64,000 bases of DNA from assembly GCF_026571515.1 (NCBI RefSeq), contig NW_026857726.1, forward strand, positions 1-64,000, written 5' to 3'. Shown here piece by piece: positions 13,101-31,676 of this stretch. Source of the stretch: Ruditapes philippinarum. Taxonomy: Eukaryota. The notes beneath the pieces are model-generated. The model made no database searches and had not been told where the DNA came from. It saw only the letters and a program-made list of their open reading frames with translations. How positions within the stretch are numbered: the stretch's first letter is position 1; each line of letters begins with the position of its first letter. The position numbers were made by a program, and so were the translations under genes.

Positions 13101-15144
13101 AAACTTTTAATTATCTTGATAAATAAAGGTTCAATAGGTAATGCAACATGTCAGATATCTGAGCAGTTTTGCTCTATTGCTTCCTAACCCTCCTCTCCCG
13201 TGTAAACAAAGTTCCACATGGAATGGAATATAATCCATTATTAAATGGAAAACATCCTTCTTTTTATGTAAACGAAGTTCCAAATGGAATGGAATATTGT
13301 TTACAGAATTGTTTGGATACAGTCCTTCTTTCCTATGTAAACAAAGTTCCGCACAGAATGGAAAAATTTACAGAATTATTTTGATAATTATTTTTTTTGA
13401 TTGACCATAATAAGACTTCATGGAAGGAATAATTTTAGTAACCTTACTTGTGTCCATCTTTCTTTAATTCAAATACTTTCAGTTTTCTTCTATCTCTAGC
13501 AGATAGTGTGTTTCTACATCTTGCCTTAGACGTGTCCTTCCATTTCTTCCTAGTAGAATCCAGTAATAAATGTTTGCCTTTCAGCATATCAAGTTCACCT
13601 GAAGTTATACGCTTTGTTGGTAGACATTCTACAAGGAAATTATTCACTGCTTCTTTTTTCTGTTTCTTCTGTAAAACAGTAATTCAATGAACAAAATGTT
13701 AATATGGATATGAAATCTCATAATGATACCACAGAGATAAATTTTACTTTTGGAGCTAACAATTTTGCATGCCTCAAACAGAGTTCAACTTGCAAAAGCT
13801 AAAATGTTTTTTAATTCTCCAGTAATTTATACTGATACAAGAGCCATGTCAACATGGCCATCCCCCGCCAAATGTGTTTGCTCATTGGAAGAATGTATAT
13901 GTAGTAGAGCGGAATAATTCTATTTTAAGAGGTCTTTTGGTAATGAAAACTGATGGCTATAGTGATTACAAATTTGAAACCTATGTGAATACTGATGGCT
14001 GAAAATAACAAAGGGCAATTACTGAAAAATAATGCAGGGTAGGTTATCATTATTGTGTGCTGCATCCCTCCTCAGTAAAATCTATCCACCTATGAAGTTT
14101 CAAGTTGATACCTCAAATACTTTTTGAGGAAAAATTAAAGTATGAAAAAGAACAAAGGGCAATAACTCAAAAATTATAAAAGGTAGAGTTATCATTATTG
14201 TGCAGTGCACACCTCCTGAGTCAGAGATCTATGCACCTATGAAGTTTCATTTTGATATCTCAAAGGCTTTTTGAGTTATGCTCTGGACAAAAATTAATTT
14301 TGAAAAATAACAAAGGGCAATAACTCAAAAATAATGCAGGGTAGAGTTATCATTCTTAAGCACTGCACTTCTCCTCAATGAGATCCATCCACCTATGAAG
14401 TTTCAAGTTGATAACTCAAATACTTTTAGAGATATGTTCCGGACAAAAATTTTTCGGCGGGGGATAATAATACATTTGATTTACACATGACCAATTAAGA
14501 TGGTTTAATATTTGTTGAATTTGCTTATGTAGTTAAAATATAGTACTTATTATGTTAAATGATAGATCATAAATTTGATATGAAGTTATTATTTAAACTC
14601 AAGGTATTAGATGTATAATTGACAAAGTTTCAAAAGTCAATATTTTTCAAACAAGACAGTATTTTTTTTGTATTGGTGTCAAGAAAATGATAAGGTTTAA
14701 TAATATAAAGCTTTAAACAACTTTTGAAACATTGTCAGTTATACATCTAATACCTTAAAGTTATGCTCCTGGATACACTATGGAACAAATGCTCAAGTTA
14801 TAATAAATATTGTCTTAACAAACAAGTTTTACATATATGTTTTCCCCACATGAAATCACTTGATACTGTACAAGGCTAAGGGTTAAATCATATTGTCCTG
14901 CGAACATAAAGCAGCAAGAAGTTTACAGACTGGTCAGACCGCATTAACAGGTTAATACTAAATGCTTTAATACTTACTGACCAGGCTCTATAAAATCAAT
15001 TTCTAAGAATTATATTGAATTAAGTATTTACACAACAGTTGGTTGTCCCAAACATTCTCATATATTGACAGTTAGTTAAGTTACCTGCTTTTGGGGGTCA
15101 GAAGGGTCCTTAATTGATGCTGGTACAGTCTGATATAGATCCAT
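10190..15144 (-). CDS. POP4: Ribonuclease P/MRP subunit p29, ~223 aa, 5 coding exons
   Basis: Exons 15144-15085, 13668-13448 (LSARDRRKLKVFEL), 12594-12526 (FEDYVPLHRLWQDYMRD), 11735-11551 (LLKADYHGC...GLSGIVLMETRNTF), 10326-10190 (LPKMNSLFSF...HGNQF...KKFKAKGPIDI*). GT-AG introns, 672 nt in frame. An upstream, probably non-coding, exon is likely because an acceptor lies 4 nt before the ATG. Confidence 0.93.
10609..11212. mobile_element. Dispersed repeat plus Helentron-like remnant in a POP4 intron
   Basis: 10620-10800 is an inverted copy of 1750-1895. It is followed by TGACCTTGACCTT motifs, a GACAGACGGACAGA microsatellite and a GGGGACAATAA end. Confidence 0.5.
11944..12209 (-). mobile_element. 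tRNA-derived SINE (MetaSINE-like family)
   Basis: Shares the GGAGGAAGACCT...GGCACCTGAGTAGAACCACCGAC core and tRNA-like head with copies at 12655, 26972, 50850, 51765 and 62555. Confidence 0.75.
12655..12885 (+). mobile_element. tRNA-derived SINE (same family)
   Basis: B-box-like GGGTTTGAATCC, then ATGTGAGGAAGCTAGCCAGC and GGTCTTCCTCTACCAGTAAAAG. Confidence 0.7.
13190..13380. repeat. Short tandem repeat, ~68-bp unit x3
   Basis: TGTAAACAAAGTTCC...GAATGGAA recurs at ~13200, 13267 and 13336. Confidence 0.7.
13838..14468. mobile_element. Helentron-like non-autonomous element with internal ~150-bp tandem repeats
   Basis: Starts ACAAGAG...ATCCCCCGCC and ends GGCGGGGGATAATAA (sub-terminal inverted motif). 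Three units begin CAAAGGGCAA at ~14010, 14153 and 14311. Confidence 0.65.
14601..14756. mobile_element. MITE with ~36-bp TIRs
   Basis: AAGGTATTAGATGTATAATTGACAAAGTTTCAAAAG ... CTTTTGAAACATTGTCAGTTATACATCTAATACCTT. Confidence 0.65.
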
Positions 15145-17149
15145 GATTCTGAAACATTGAAAAGAAGTTTTCAAGATAAATAAACTTTTGTCAGACAAGA
15201 TATAAAATGACCAATTGAAACACTTCTCACTTAAATCTGGCTATGAATAGCACAAAAAATGCAATTCTAGTTTATTTCTGAGTAAATGTCTTAACTATCT
15301 TTTGCATGTCAATCTGTTCTAAGTGCCAAAGCTGATCTTAATATATAAGAAATTCAAATGTTATAATTAGGCTTTTGGACCCTGGGGTTCCATTAAAATC
15401 AAACCAGGAATGGCAGAAATGTTGACAAGACATGACTATGCCTCCATTTTATGAAAATTTCATACACTGTATCAGGACTTTGGACCTACATATTTGACCT
15501 TAAACTTTAAAACTGGAGACCTGGGACATATGTTGTCATCATGTCCAATTGACATTCATTCAAATTATGCTAAAACTGATCAAGGGATGACAGAATTGAG
15601 GACCATACATGATTATCAATGCACTTACAAAAGAATCCTAATATCACAACTATTGACATACAAGTGTGACCTTGACCTGTAATCTAGAGAACTAATTTTT
15701 CGGTATAACATCTCGTCATAATGTCCAACCAAGTTATCATAAAATTCATCTAGTAATGACAGAATTGTTGACATGACAAGGCCTTCAATGAACTTTATCA
15801 TACTAAGACCTTGGACATACAAGTGCAACCATGACCTTTGTGCTAGCTAGAGACCTAATTTGTGCATGCCACATGGCTTCATCATGTCCAACAAAATCCA
15901 TTCACGAATGAAAGAATCAATGATCATACATGAACACCCATGCACTTTATATGAAAAATCCTTTCTTAAAAGTATGCGTGACCTTGACCTTTGTCCGAAC
16001 ATGAATTTTTTTCCATGCCACTGCCACACATCCTTCCTACATGCTACATATTTTATGCAAAATAATTTCAAAATCCATCCATAAATGAAAAGGTAAAGTA
16101 TGGAACCAACAAATTGACTGACAGACAACCCAAAAACTATACTGTATGGCACCTTTCCAGCGTGTAAAATGATTTACAGACTGTTCACCCTCTGACACTT
16201 CACCTTAAACCATTTTTTGCAGACACTTCACCCTTTTTTTAGTGTTTCTCATACATCAAGATGAAATATGTGAGATGTAATCAATGGTGATTTAAAATAT
16301 TCATTGTTTTAACATATATTTGATTTAACAAGTTATAAATGTAGGCCTAATAAAAAAGAAATACTGTTGTTGTTTTTACTTTTCTTATAAGTCCAATTTG
16401 AAACAGCCTGACCACAAAAATACTTTTGATATAGCAATCATTAATGTAGATCTACATATTTTCTGCAATACATGTATTATCATATTTTTGAAATTGCAAT
16501 GAAAGATGAATGTTGAAAGTCACACATTTATTTGTTACTGTAACCAGTGTTAACAGTAATAACTGTAAAATATTTGTGTTACAGTATGCCATGGTATGAT
16601 GGAGCTAAATATAAGATGTTTATATATCTGTGGTTATGCATTAAGTTTCATGTTGTATGGTATGCTAACTGTAAATTGCCTTCCATGATATACATGTTTA
16701 AATGTTAATATACTTAGAATTGCTTACAGTTTTAAATATTAAGAAAAATATAGGCCCCTACTCATCAATTTTTACTGAAATATTTACTTCAGAATATTTA
16801 GAATCTACTTCTTACTCTTACTGATTTTGTGGGATGAAGGTCTTAAGGGAATAAATGTCGTGTCTGGTGATGAAGTGTCTTGTTCCTTGTAAAATTATGC
16901 AATTTATAACATGCATCTGCCATTCACATATAAAATGACACAAGTTGAAAGGGACTAGCCTTTTTTCATCGATATTTATTAAATTTCCCAACATATCATT
17001 CAGATCATGCTTATAAAAATACAATATTTCCACACTTTAAATTTAACAAATATTTAAAACATTAAAAGCGAGTTTATGAAAAATGATCAGGAAAACTGAT
17101 GTATGTTTTTCATAAATAAAGAAATACAAATAACAACTAGTCATTCAAG

Positions 17150-19171
17150 ATGGCGCTGCCCATGAAAACATTTTTGTGTAAGTTTATCAGTTCAACTGAG
17201 TATCATTAATTTTCTTATATATGCTTTTATGCTGTACAAAATAACTTTAAAACACAATCTTTTTTAATATGAATGTTACTTAAAAAGCGGTGTTCCTTTC
17301 TTTGGGAGCCAGGTAAATGTCCGTCCGTAAATGTCTCCGCTAATTTAGAGTGTGGCTATCTTCACGTACAACGGTAATGTCTTCATGTCTTCTGTGGACT
17401 CTAAAGTACTAAATCCGACATAAAATAAACAAGATAACAAAGCTTAAACAAACTAATCGCAATTTAAAATAGCTTTGCGCATCATAATAGAATGTAATAT
17501 CACCCCTGACTCCCCCCCCCCCCCCCCCTACAGATTCCTCCCTGGATGTTCAGAACTTCTCCACATTTTTGATGGAGAAATGTCTGATTGTGTGTTAACC
17601 CATTACTTCATATACACGCCTTTTAACGCCTTTTTCACCCCCCCCCCTTTTTGTTGTCTCAAATGATGAAAAAATGCCTTATTTAGGCCCCAAACACTTG
17701 TTTTTGTTTGAGAAATGTTGTTAAAAAAAGTGACCTCTTTTTCGGCGCGGCCCCCCAACCAAAAGATACATCAGGGGGTTGCCAGAAGGGGGATGTGCCC
17801 CCTTCTGTTTGGGGGGTTTGAAGGGGGGCGGAGTCCCCCTCATCGCCAAGAAAATTTTGGACTTGTGAGAGGCTGTAAATGACCCCAGATTGATCATAAG
17901 GTAACGTGTAACCAACGCTGAAAAGCATTTGACTCTATCTCAATCCATTGAGAAGTTGCAGCACTTTGAAATCAATTTTGATGGAAAAAATCAACGCAAA
18001 ATAGTGATTTTTGGCAATTTTGAGATGTCCCCTCGTTGCCATGGTAACAGAAAATTTAAGCCTGAGCATGTTGTTGCAAGGGCAATGGTCCAGTCAACAT
18101 TTGTGCCAAGTTTGATTAGTGTTGAAGCAGTTTTTATAGTATTATAGCAATTTGAACTTGTAACGGGAGACTTTTCAATGAAAACAGCCATTTTTCACAA
18201 AATGCTCATGAAGTAATGGGTTAAATTAGACACGTTTATTTAAACTTTATCTATGAAAGATGTCTGAATATTATTTCTTCATGCAATACGTTAACTTAAT
18301 TAATTCAGCGTGAACGGTTTGACCCATTTTACAGATTTTTTTCATACTGTCAAACCGTTGGAAAACACATCACCCGTTCAAAAATTATCTCAATGTCTCT
18401 TTGACAAGTCTAATTAGTTGAACTACCAATAAGTTTGGCAACCTTTAGTATCAAAATCTATTTTTAACAAAAATAGAAAACTTTATGTTCATATGTGCAT
18501 ACTTGTATTTTACAGCTTATCTCATCAGGGTCTCATGGCGGCAGGAAACCAAGTCACTACCATGTTTATTTCAGCAGTCAGATTTTAGTATAATAAAGCA
18601 AAATCAGAATCTTTTCTGCTCAAAGACTGATCAACCAAATGACAGCACAAATAGTCAACAATTTGATGAAACTCTGCTTCAAGTGCTTGTGTGTCCAATA
18701 TCAAAGAAACCTTTAAGGTAAATATTTATACAAAACGCATCACTAATTTCAACATCATTTTAGATATATGGGTCTTAAAATATGCATGTTACTACTAGCA
18801 ACTGGCTTCAATTAATTAGGTTAGCTATTTTATAAGTCATGCAAATATCAATACTTGAGTCAATTAAACAACAAAAAGAGACATGTAAAGTTTTTGTAGA
18901 CCTTTGAACCGTTTTGTCCCGAATGAAGAAATTTGTTCTTCATATTTAGCACACTTAAATGCAGCTCAAGTATCACATTTATTGATTAAGAGTCGACTAT
19001 CTTAATCTACATTTCCTAATCAATTTTCTACTCATTCATTACTTCAGATATGATAAAGAGACTAGTGAACTTGTGAGTGACAGTATAGGAGTGGCTTATC
19101 CAATAAAAAATGGTGTACCAAACCTTGTACCTCAAGATGCCAGGATGTTAGAGACACCTAGTGAAACATAA
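17150..19171 (+). CDS. PYURF: Protein preY / PYURF (mitochondrial Trm112-like), 117 aa, 3 exons
   Basis: Exons 17150-17177 (MALPMKTFL, GTAAGT donor), 18516-18717 (FDETLLQVLVCPISKKPLR), 19048-19171 (YDKETSELVSDSIGVAYPIKNGVPNLVPQDAR). The Trm112 signature LVCP..K.PL/AYPI..G.P is present. The gene is divergent from POP4. Confidence 0.9.
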
Positions 19172-21023
19172 ATGGCAGGCAATCAGACAGTTGTACAGAA
19201 GAGAATCATTTGCAGTGATGTTAAGCTTGGAAATTTATTAGTACAGCTAGCACCAAACATGTTTCATGGCAAACTGTGTTTAAATTTATACTGTGTAACA
19301 CAAAATGACCTTTAAGGTTCAGGTCATTTAATGAATTAATGAATGTTTGTGTGCTATGTTACAGCAAATTCTAGTAAAAATAACATTAACACAACAAAAC
19401 ATGTAACATACTGGAACATAAAGTGATTAGCCTTTGCCATCAGTGCCACCACTCTAAACTGTTTGCTGCCTTGCATTGTGTTCTTGAAGTTTTCATCTTG
19501 ATAACCACAAAACGGATAATGGCGAATCTCAAAAACCGAAAAGTGGACACTCCCATTCAAAACATGCAGCAGATTAAGGGTTAATGATGCAAATTATATT
19601 TTTCATCCTACCAATTTTATCTTAAGTTAATTAAGAACATTACACCCGTAGAAAGATATTGAACTCTTTTAAATGTGACTGAACAAATTAAATCTTAACC
19701 ATTGCTGAATGGATTAACTTACATAGTAAAAAGTTGAATTTAATTTTATTATAAATTAAGGTTTTCAAAAATATGATGTGCAAGAAAGTTATTGATATAT
19801 GGTTTGTTATAATTAATTTATTTGTTTGTTTATAGTAAAATAGGAAAATAAAACATTTTTGTTTTTATGATTAAACTCTGAAGTATACCTGTATTCTTTT
19901 ACAACCTTCTCAACACAGCTTGAACATTCTCTATAAATAGTAGCACAATTCACCAAACTTACCGAAAGTGAGTTGTAAGTCCAACAAAGCTTTTCCATCT
20001 AATATATAGTATCTAGTATGTTAGAACTGCCACTAGAATAGGTGGTTTCTTACCTGTTCTAACCTGGTTATTATTGGATACTGAAATTCAATATTGGCAT
20101 TTAAACAAATATAGGGTAAAATTTAAAACAAAGTAAATTTATATTAGGTGTGCATGAAAGAAAGATTAGTTTACTGTCAATATATGGGCAGGAAAAAGCT
20201 CACTGTATGAAGTATATTATCCTTGTCTTAGGTTGCAGTAGTCTTACCATACAAATAATTGTTATCATCTGTAACTGTTAAGTATAATGTATTTTCAACT
20301 ATACATGTATAACAAAAGGAGATCAAAACATATTTAGTCAAAATCAAATTTAAAGTACCAGACACAGACCATGTGTCCCCACATTGCACTGTATTGGTCA
20401 GTCTATTGAAGGTCAGGTACAGCTGGACTGATGGACAAGGGAAAATCTATAACCAACAAATTTAGGTGTCAGATAGCTTTTCAAGTTGTTTTTTTCCACA
20501 AAATAGTTCATATTCTGACAACAAAAATCATTCTACAATGAAAACATGCCATTTTATTACAAATTTGTGTTTAACCTTCAAATGTGCTTGTTACCAGAAA
20601 CCAACATAATATTGTCAGATGTTATTTTCCATGTGATGTTTGCCAACATAAGTATCAGCAGTTAACACAGATTCACATTGGCTAAATTCAATTCTGTAAC
20701 TAATATTTTCTAACACATATTTTTCTCTATGAATTTTTGAGAGAATTAAAATGTCAAAATGCAAGGAAAAAAAAGTTTTCTGTATCACTCACTTTATACA
20801 TGTATATATCTTTTTCAAAAATCAAGAACATATAAAATATATGATAAATAAAATATTTCATTCAGACACTTTAAGAAAGAAGCAACAAGTAGAACATTTT
20901 AGTAAGTATAAAAAATGTCTTTATATATATTAAGATTCAATACTGTCATCCTTAACATTTATTACACACACTTTTTCTTTAAATTAACAAAAAGTTCAAT
21001 CTTAAATTTCTTCATCATATATT

Positions 21024-21308
21024 TCATCTGACTTCCACTCCAAGAATACTTTGTACATCGTGTTCTATTTTAGCATGCACTGCGTTGACCTCTTCTTGTG
21101 TTAGGGCTTTCTCCATATGTCTATATCTTAGTCTATAACAATGACTTGTTTTCCCCTTTTTCTTATTTTCAAATTTGTCAACAAGTTCTACATTCTCTAT
21201 AAGATCACCACCAATAGAACGCACCAAGTCATAAAAATTGTTCTCCTCATAATCACTTGGTATCCAGAATGATATATCATTTATCACCTCAGGGTGTTTA
21301 CTAAATGG
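21024..21308 (-). CDS. FARS2: Duplicated (distal) FARS2 terminal exon, anticodon-binding domain
   Basis: Intact acceptor TTTTTTTTCAG and 95 codons [15 protein letters not shown]...[21 protein letters not shown]...GVEVR*. It differs from the proximal copy by one residue (EHDVQ vs EQDVQ). Confidence 0.75.
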   Translation of the reverse strand, partial: PFSKHPEVINDISFWIPSDYEENNFYDLVRSIGGDLIENVELVDKFENKKKGKTSHCYRLRYRHMEKALTQEEVNAVHAKIEHDVQSILGVEVR

Positions 21309-23592
21309 CTGAAAAAAAAGATAATAAATCTTATTTGATACAGCTTTCAATAGTTAAAGTTACATTTAATAAATTTCATAAGAACAGAAATAGCGACATT
21401 TCATTATTAATTTGGTTTCACATCGACTCCAGCTCTTATTTTGGTGTCCAGACAACCAAAATGAGTTTTATAAGCATAAAATCTGCAACCTCATTGTGGC
21501 AAAATCGGAAGAACAATTTCTGTTTGCATGAGAAACTCCGCCTTCGGATCATTCGTACATCAATATTAAATTAGCATACATGACTATAAGTAGCAGTCCT
21601 AATTGAACGGTATATTTCCGAATTGTAACGGATGTTTTCATACAAATTTAATTTTTTTATGGCATAATTATTTCTAGTGCACTAAAAAGCTAAAATGGTT
21701 GAAGTGTGTTTGCACAAGAAAAATCTCATATTGGATATGTCCGTATAACAACTTTAACACTGTGACATAGCGCATACTCTAGCTGATTATAGTCTTCATT
21801 TGCATGTAAAAATTCGTACACCAACTTTAGTGCTACTGTAGGGTTTTCCGTTAAAAATTGTAATTAATAAATATTATTTGATGAGATTTACAACAATACT
21901 GTAAAAAAGGTTAATGAAACTGTAGAAATTGCTTGGTTTTTAGGCTGACAGCAAAATATTTTTACATATTTATTTAAAGCTACTTTAATACTTGTATACA
22001 GGATAAATCCCATAATAAAACACTTTATAATTTAATATATTATGGATGTTATTTTTACTAACACAGAATCATCCCAGAAAGCAATTTGTTAACTTTCTTA
22101 GGGATACATGCATATACATTGCTTTTTATGAGACAAACTTGTCCAAAATTTATTAATTTTTGGTCCGAAGAACAAACAAAAAATAGATGGTGATTTATTC
22201 AAAAGACGAATTTCCTACATTCAATGCAGCAATACGGAATACAAAATAAATACAAGTCAAAAGGGGCAATAAATACCCTTCATTTATGTGAGAGGATTCA
22301 AATGAACAACTTTTTGTATTAAATGTAAAGCAGTTTTCGAAATTATGATGTGTAAGAAAGTTATTGATATATGGTTTGTTATAATTAATTTATTTGTTTG
22401 TTTTTAATAAAATAGGAAAATAAAACATTTTTGTTTTTATGATTAAACTCTGAAGTATACCTGTATTCTTTTACAACCTTCTCAACACAGCTTGAACATT
22501 CTCTATAAATAGTAGCACAATTCACCAAACTTACCGAAAGTGAGTTGTAAGTCCAACAAAGCTTTCCATCTAATATATAGTATCTAGTATGTTAGAACTG
22601 CCACTAGAATAGGTGGTTTCTTACCTGTTCTAACCTGGTTATTATTGGATACTGAAATTCAATATTGGCATTTAAACAAATATAGGGTAAAATTTAAAAC
22701 AAAGTAAATTTAAATTAGGTGTGCATGAAAGAAAGATTAGTTTCCTCTCAATATATGGGCAGGAAAAGGCTCACTGTATCCAGTATATTATCCTCGTCTT
22801 AGGTTGCAGTAGTCTTACCATACAAATAATTGTTATCATCTGTAACTGTTAAGTATAATGTATTTTCAACTATACATGTATAACAAAAGGAGATCAAAAC
22901 ATATTTAGTCAAAATCAAATTTAAAGTGCCACACACAGACCATGTGTCCCCACATTGCACTGTATTGGTCAGTCTATTGAAGGTCAGGTACAGCTGGACT
23001 GATGGACAAGGGAAAATCTATAACCAACAAATTTAGGTGTCAGATAGCTTTTCAAGTTTTTTTTATTTCACAAAATAGTTCATATTCAACAAAAATCATT
23101 CTATATTGTAAACATGCCATTTTATTACAAATTTGTGTTTAACCTTCAAATGTGCTTGTTACCAGAAACCAACTCAATATTATCAGATGTTATTTTCCAT
23201 GTGAGGTTTGTTGCCAACATAAGTATCAGCAGTTAACACTGATTCATATTGGCTAAATTCAAACTGTAACTAATATTTTCTAACACATATTTTTCTCTAT
23301 GAATATTTGAGAGAATTAAAATGTCAAAATGCAAGGAAAAAAAAGTTTTCTGTATCACTCACTTAATACATGTATATATCTTCTTCATAAATCAAAAACA
23401 TAAAATTATCTTAAAATTTTTATTCACACACTTAAAAAAGAAGCAACAAGTAGAACATTTTAGTAAGTATAAAAAAAATGTCTTTATATATATATTTTAT
23501 ATTTCATCATAAACAGTCATTACACACACTATTTTTTTCTATAAATTAACAAATAGTTCAATCTTAGATTTCTTTTTCATGTACATTGTATT

Positions 23593-29332
<5,740 letters not shown>

Positions 29333-30687
29333 CTGAAAATGATAAAAGATAAAAGAGGTGATAAATAAAATGTCATCTGAAACTCTGTATCAAATAATAA
29401 AGAGGAGTGACAAACACCATTACTTGAAACAGTATATTTAATTAGTAGTGCATATTATCATATATTTTTTGGAAGAAAACATTTGGGTTAAGTTTGAAAA
29501 AGGTTATTTGAAAAGTATAGAATTTATAGTGCATACAGACACAAAATGTCTGTATATACAGATTCAAGGGTGACCTTGAGCTTGCACAGTGGGAGCATAG
29601 GTTTTGCACGTTTTCTTGTAGAGGTGCACATTTGTGACAAGTTTGAAGAAAATGCCACAATGGGTATCCATATAGGATTTAGACAGTAGATGCAAAATTA
29701 TCTGATACCTGTCCTTCAAGAGATCTTGACCTTGAGTCTGTACAGATGGACAGACATGCCAACATTTTGGGTTAAAGTGCTTTTCTTTGATATTTATGTG
29801 GTCAGGGATTTTTTTCAAATAAGCCAGTAAAGTATATGATATAACTTTTTTACAAAATTATGGACAGAATGAACCATTGGAAGTTTGACCAAACAGACCA
29901 GCTGACTGTTAGACCAGCCAACGCAACAAATGATTCCTGTAATGCCCCCTCCACATTATCTGGTGGGGGTATAATAAGGTCATTAAACTTCTCTAATGCA
30001 TATAAAAATTACATGTTATAAGTTATAATTAACATAACTTTTCAACAAACGCCATGTCGCTAATAATTTTCAATTCAGCGGTTTCAGATTTGTAATTTTT
30101 TTTTTTAATCTTTTGATTAAAAATTTTTTATGGCCGACATATTTATTTTGTGTAGCTCTGGAAAGATAATATTTTAATAATTGTTGTTGTTGTTTTTTTA
30201 AACATAATGCTGGAACTTCTACACTCTGAAACACCTTACACCTATAAGTCAAATCTAATCTGAGAGACTAGCTGTGGTTATACTGTACATTTAAGTAAAA
30301 TTCACATTTTTAAAAGTGAACTGTTCTCCAGCTAGCAGCTACTGATCACTTGTCCCATGCTATTTTAGATCAGTTTTTTTTTCTATTTTTATCTACCAAC
30401 CCCAACAGGTTTATAGTCCATTTGCTATTTTTTGGTGGAGGGCTTTTATCCATCCATTAATGTGGCTTTTGGTCTTTTTACAAAAATCAATTCAGTGACT
30501 AATGGCCAAATGGGTTATGGTTTGCCAAGGATACAAGTAGCTTTCAAATGAATTTTAGGGTTTTACATTTTGTGCAAGTGGTGCATAAATAGAGGATATT
30601 GAATGAGTGTATGTTCAATACTGAATTTATTGCACGAGTTGAATAAAATTATATTATGCGAGCCTCTGGCGAGCATACATGTAATAT

Positions 30688-31676
30688 TGTGACGAAAAGT
30701 AGCCTGATATCTATATTAATTAACAGAGTTATTCCCCTTTGTTTTAGAAACACCATTTGTATGATTGAAAGCAAACGTATATGCAACGTAGGTAAATAGT
30801 ATTTGCTTAATATATTGTGACTTGTTTATGTTTTAGTTCCTTAAAGACTTTAGAATTAGTTATTTGATGAAGCTAATATAAATATGATTATTGTTTATAA
30901 ATAATAGATTTTTAGACACTTGTCAAACAAGTTAATCATTAAACTTTTAGACGCTCTTTGAACAAGAATAGTTCTTAGCCAGCCAATCAGATAACAGTAA
31001 GGTATGTAGATTAATTTTCATTGGTCATCAGAGATCACGTGGTTCTTGCATTAATATAAAAGCAGACACACAGACAGATTTGAAGAGTTGCAGCTGAGAC
31101 GTCGTCTAGGAAGGTCAGAGAAATAAATAAGTATTAATTATCAGCTAATTAATATAATACTGGGGACTTTGTGCCGTAAATACAACATAATAAGATTGAC
31201 TCAGATATTAAGAGCATTGCGTTCTGATATCTTAACATTAAAGCATTGCGCTTTGTGTTCAGGGTTTAATCTTAGTTATATTTTAGTTGTACGGGTCGCT
31301 GGTGAGATTAATGAAAGGCTGAACATATAGAATGTAAAGTAGTTCTTATAGGTTGATGTGTCAAATTATTAGGAAAGATTTATAGAAAGCTAACCATAAG
31401 AATGATATAGTATTTTCCATTGGTTGTGTTTTACATAGAAGACGTTGACTTGATAAAGTTAACTGTTTGAGGAAACTTTGAACTATATTTAAAACATCGT
31501 ATCTTTATTAATTCCCATTGATTTTACTGTTATTTAAATCATTTGAGAATCATTTATTTCTAATCATAAGGCAAAGTAGCCTGAGAAAAATTATATATAT
31601 TATAATAGGCAAAGCTATAATTTTGCATAGCTCAAACGCTACTTGAATAATAAGACAGAAGCTCGGACACGTTACA
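30688..31676 (+). mobile_element. Solo LTR (989 bp), Gypsy-like 4-bp TSD
   Basis: ATAT|TGTGACG...CGTTACA|ATAT. CCAAT box ~30983, CACGTG ~31036, TATA-like AATATAAAA ~31053. It interrupts a long palindrome of an ATAGAGGATATT-type element. Confidence 0.8.

Noticed and set aside
17500-17850. Poly-C/G-run GC-rich patch in PYURF intron 1 (G-quadruplex potential)
   Set aside because: It looks like a repeat fragment whose boundaries I could not define, and there is no evidence of function.
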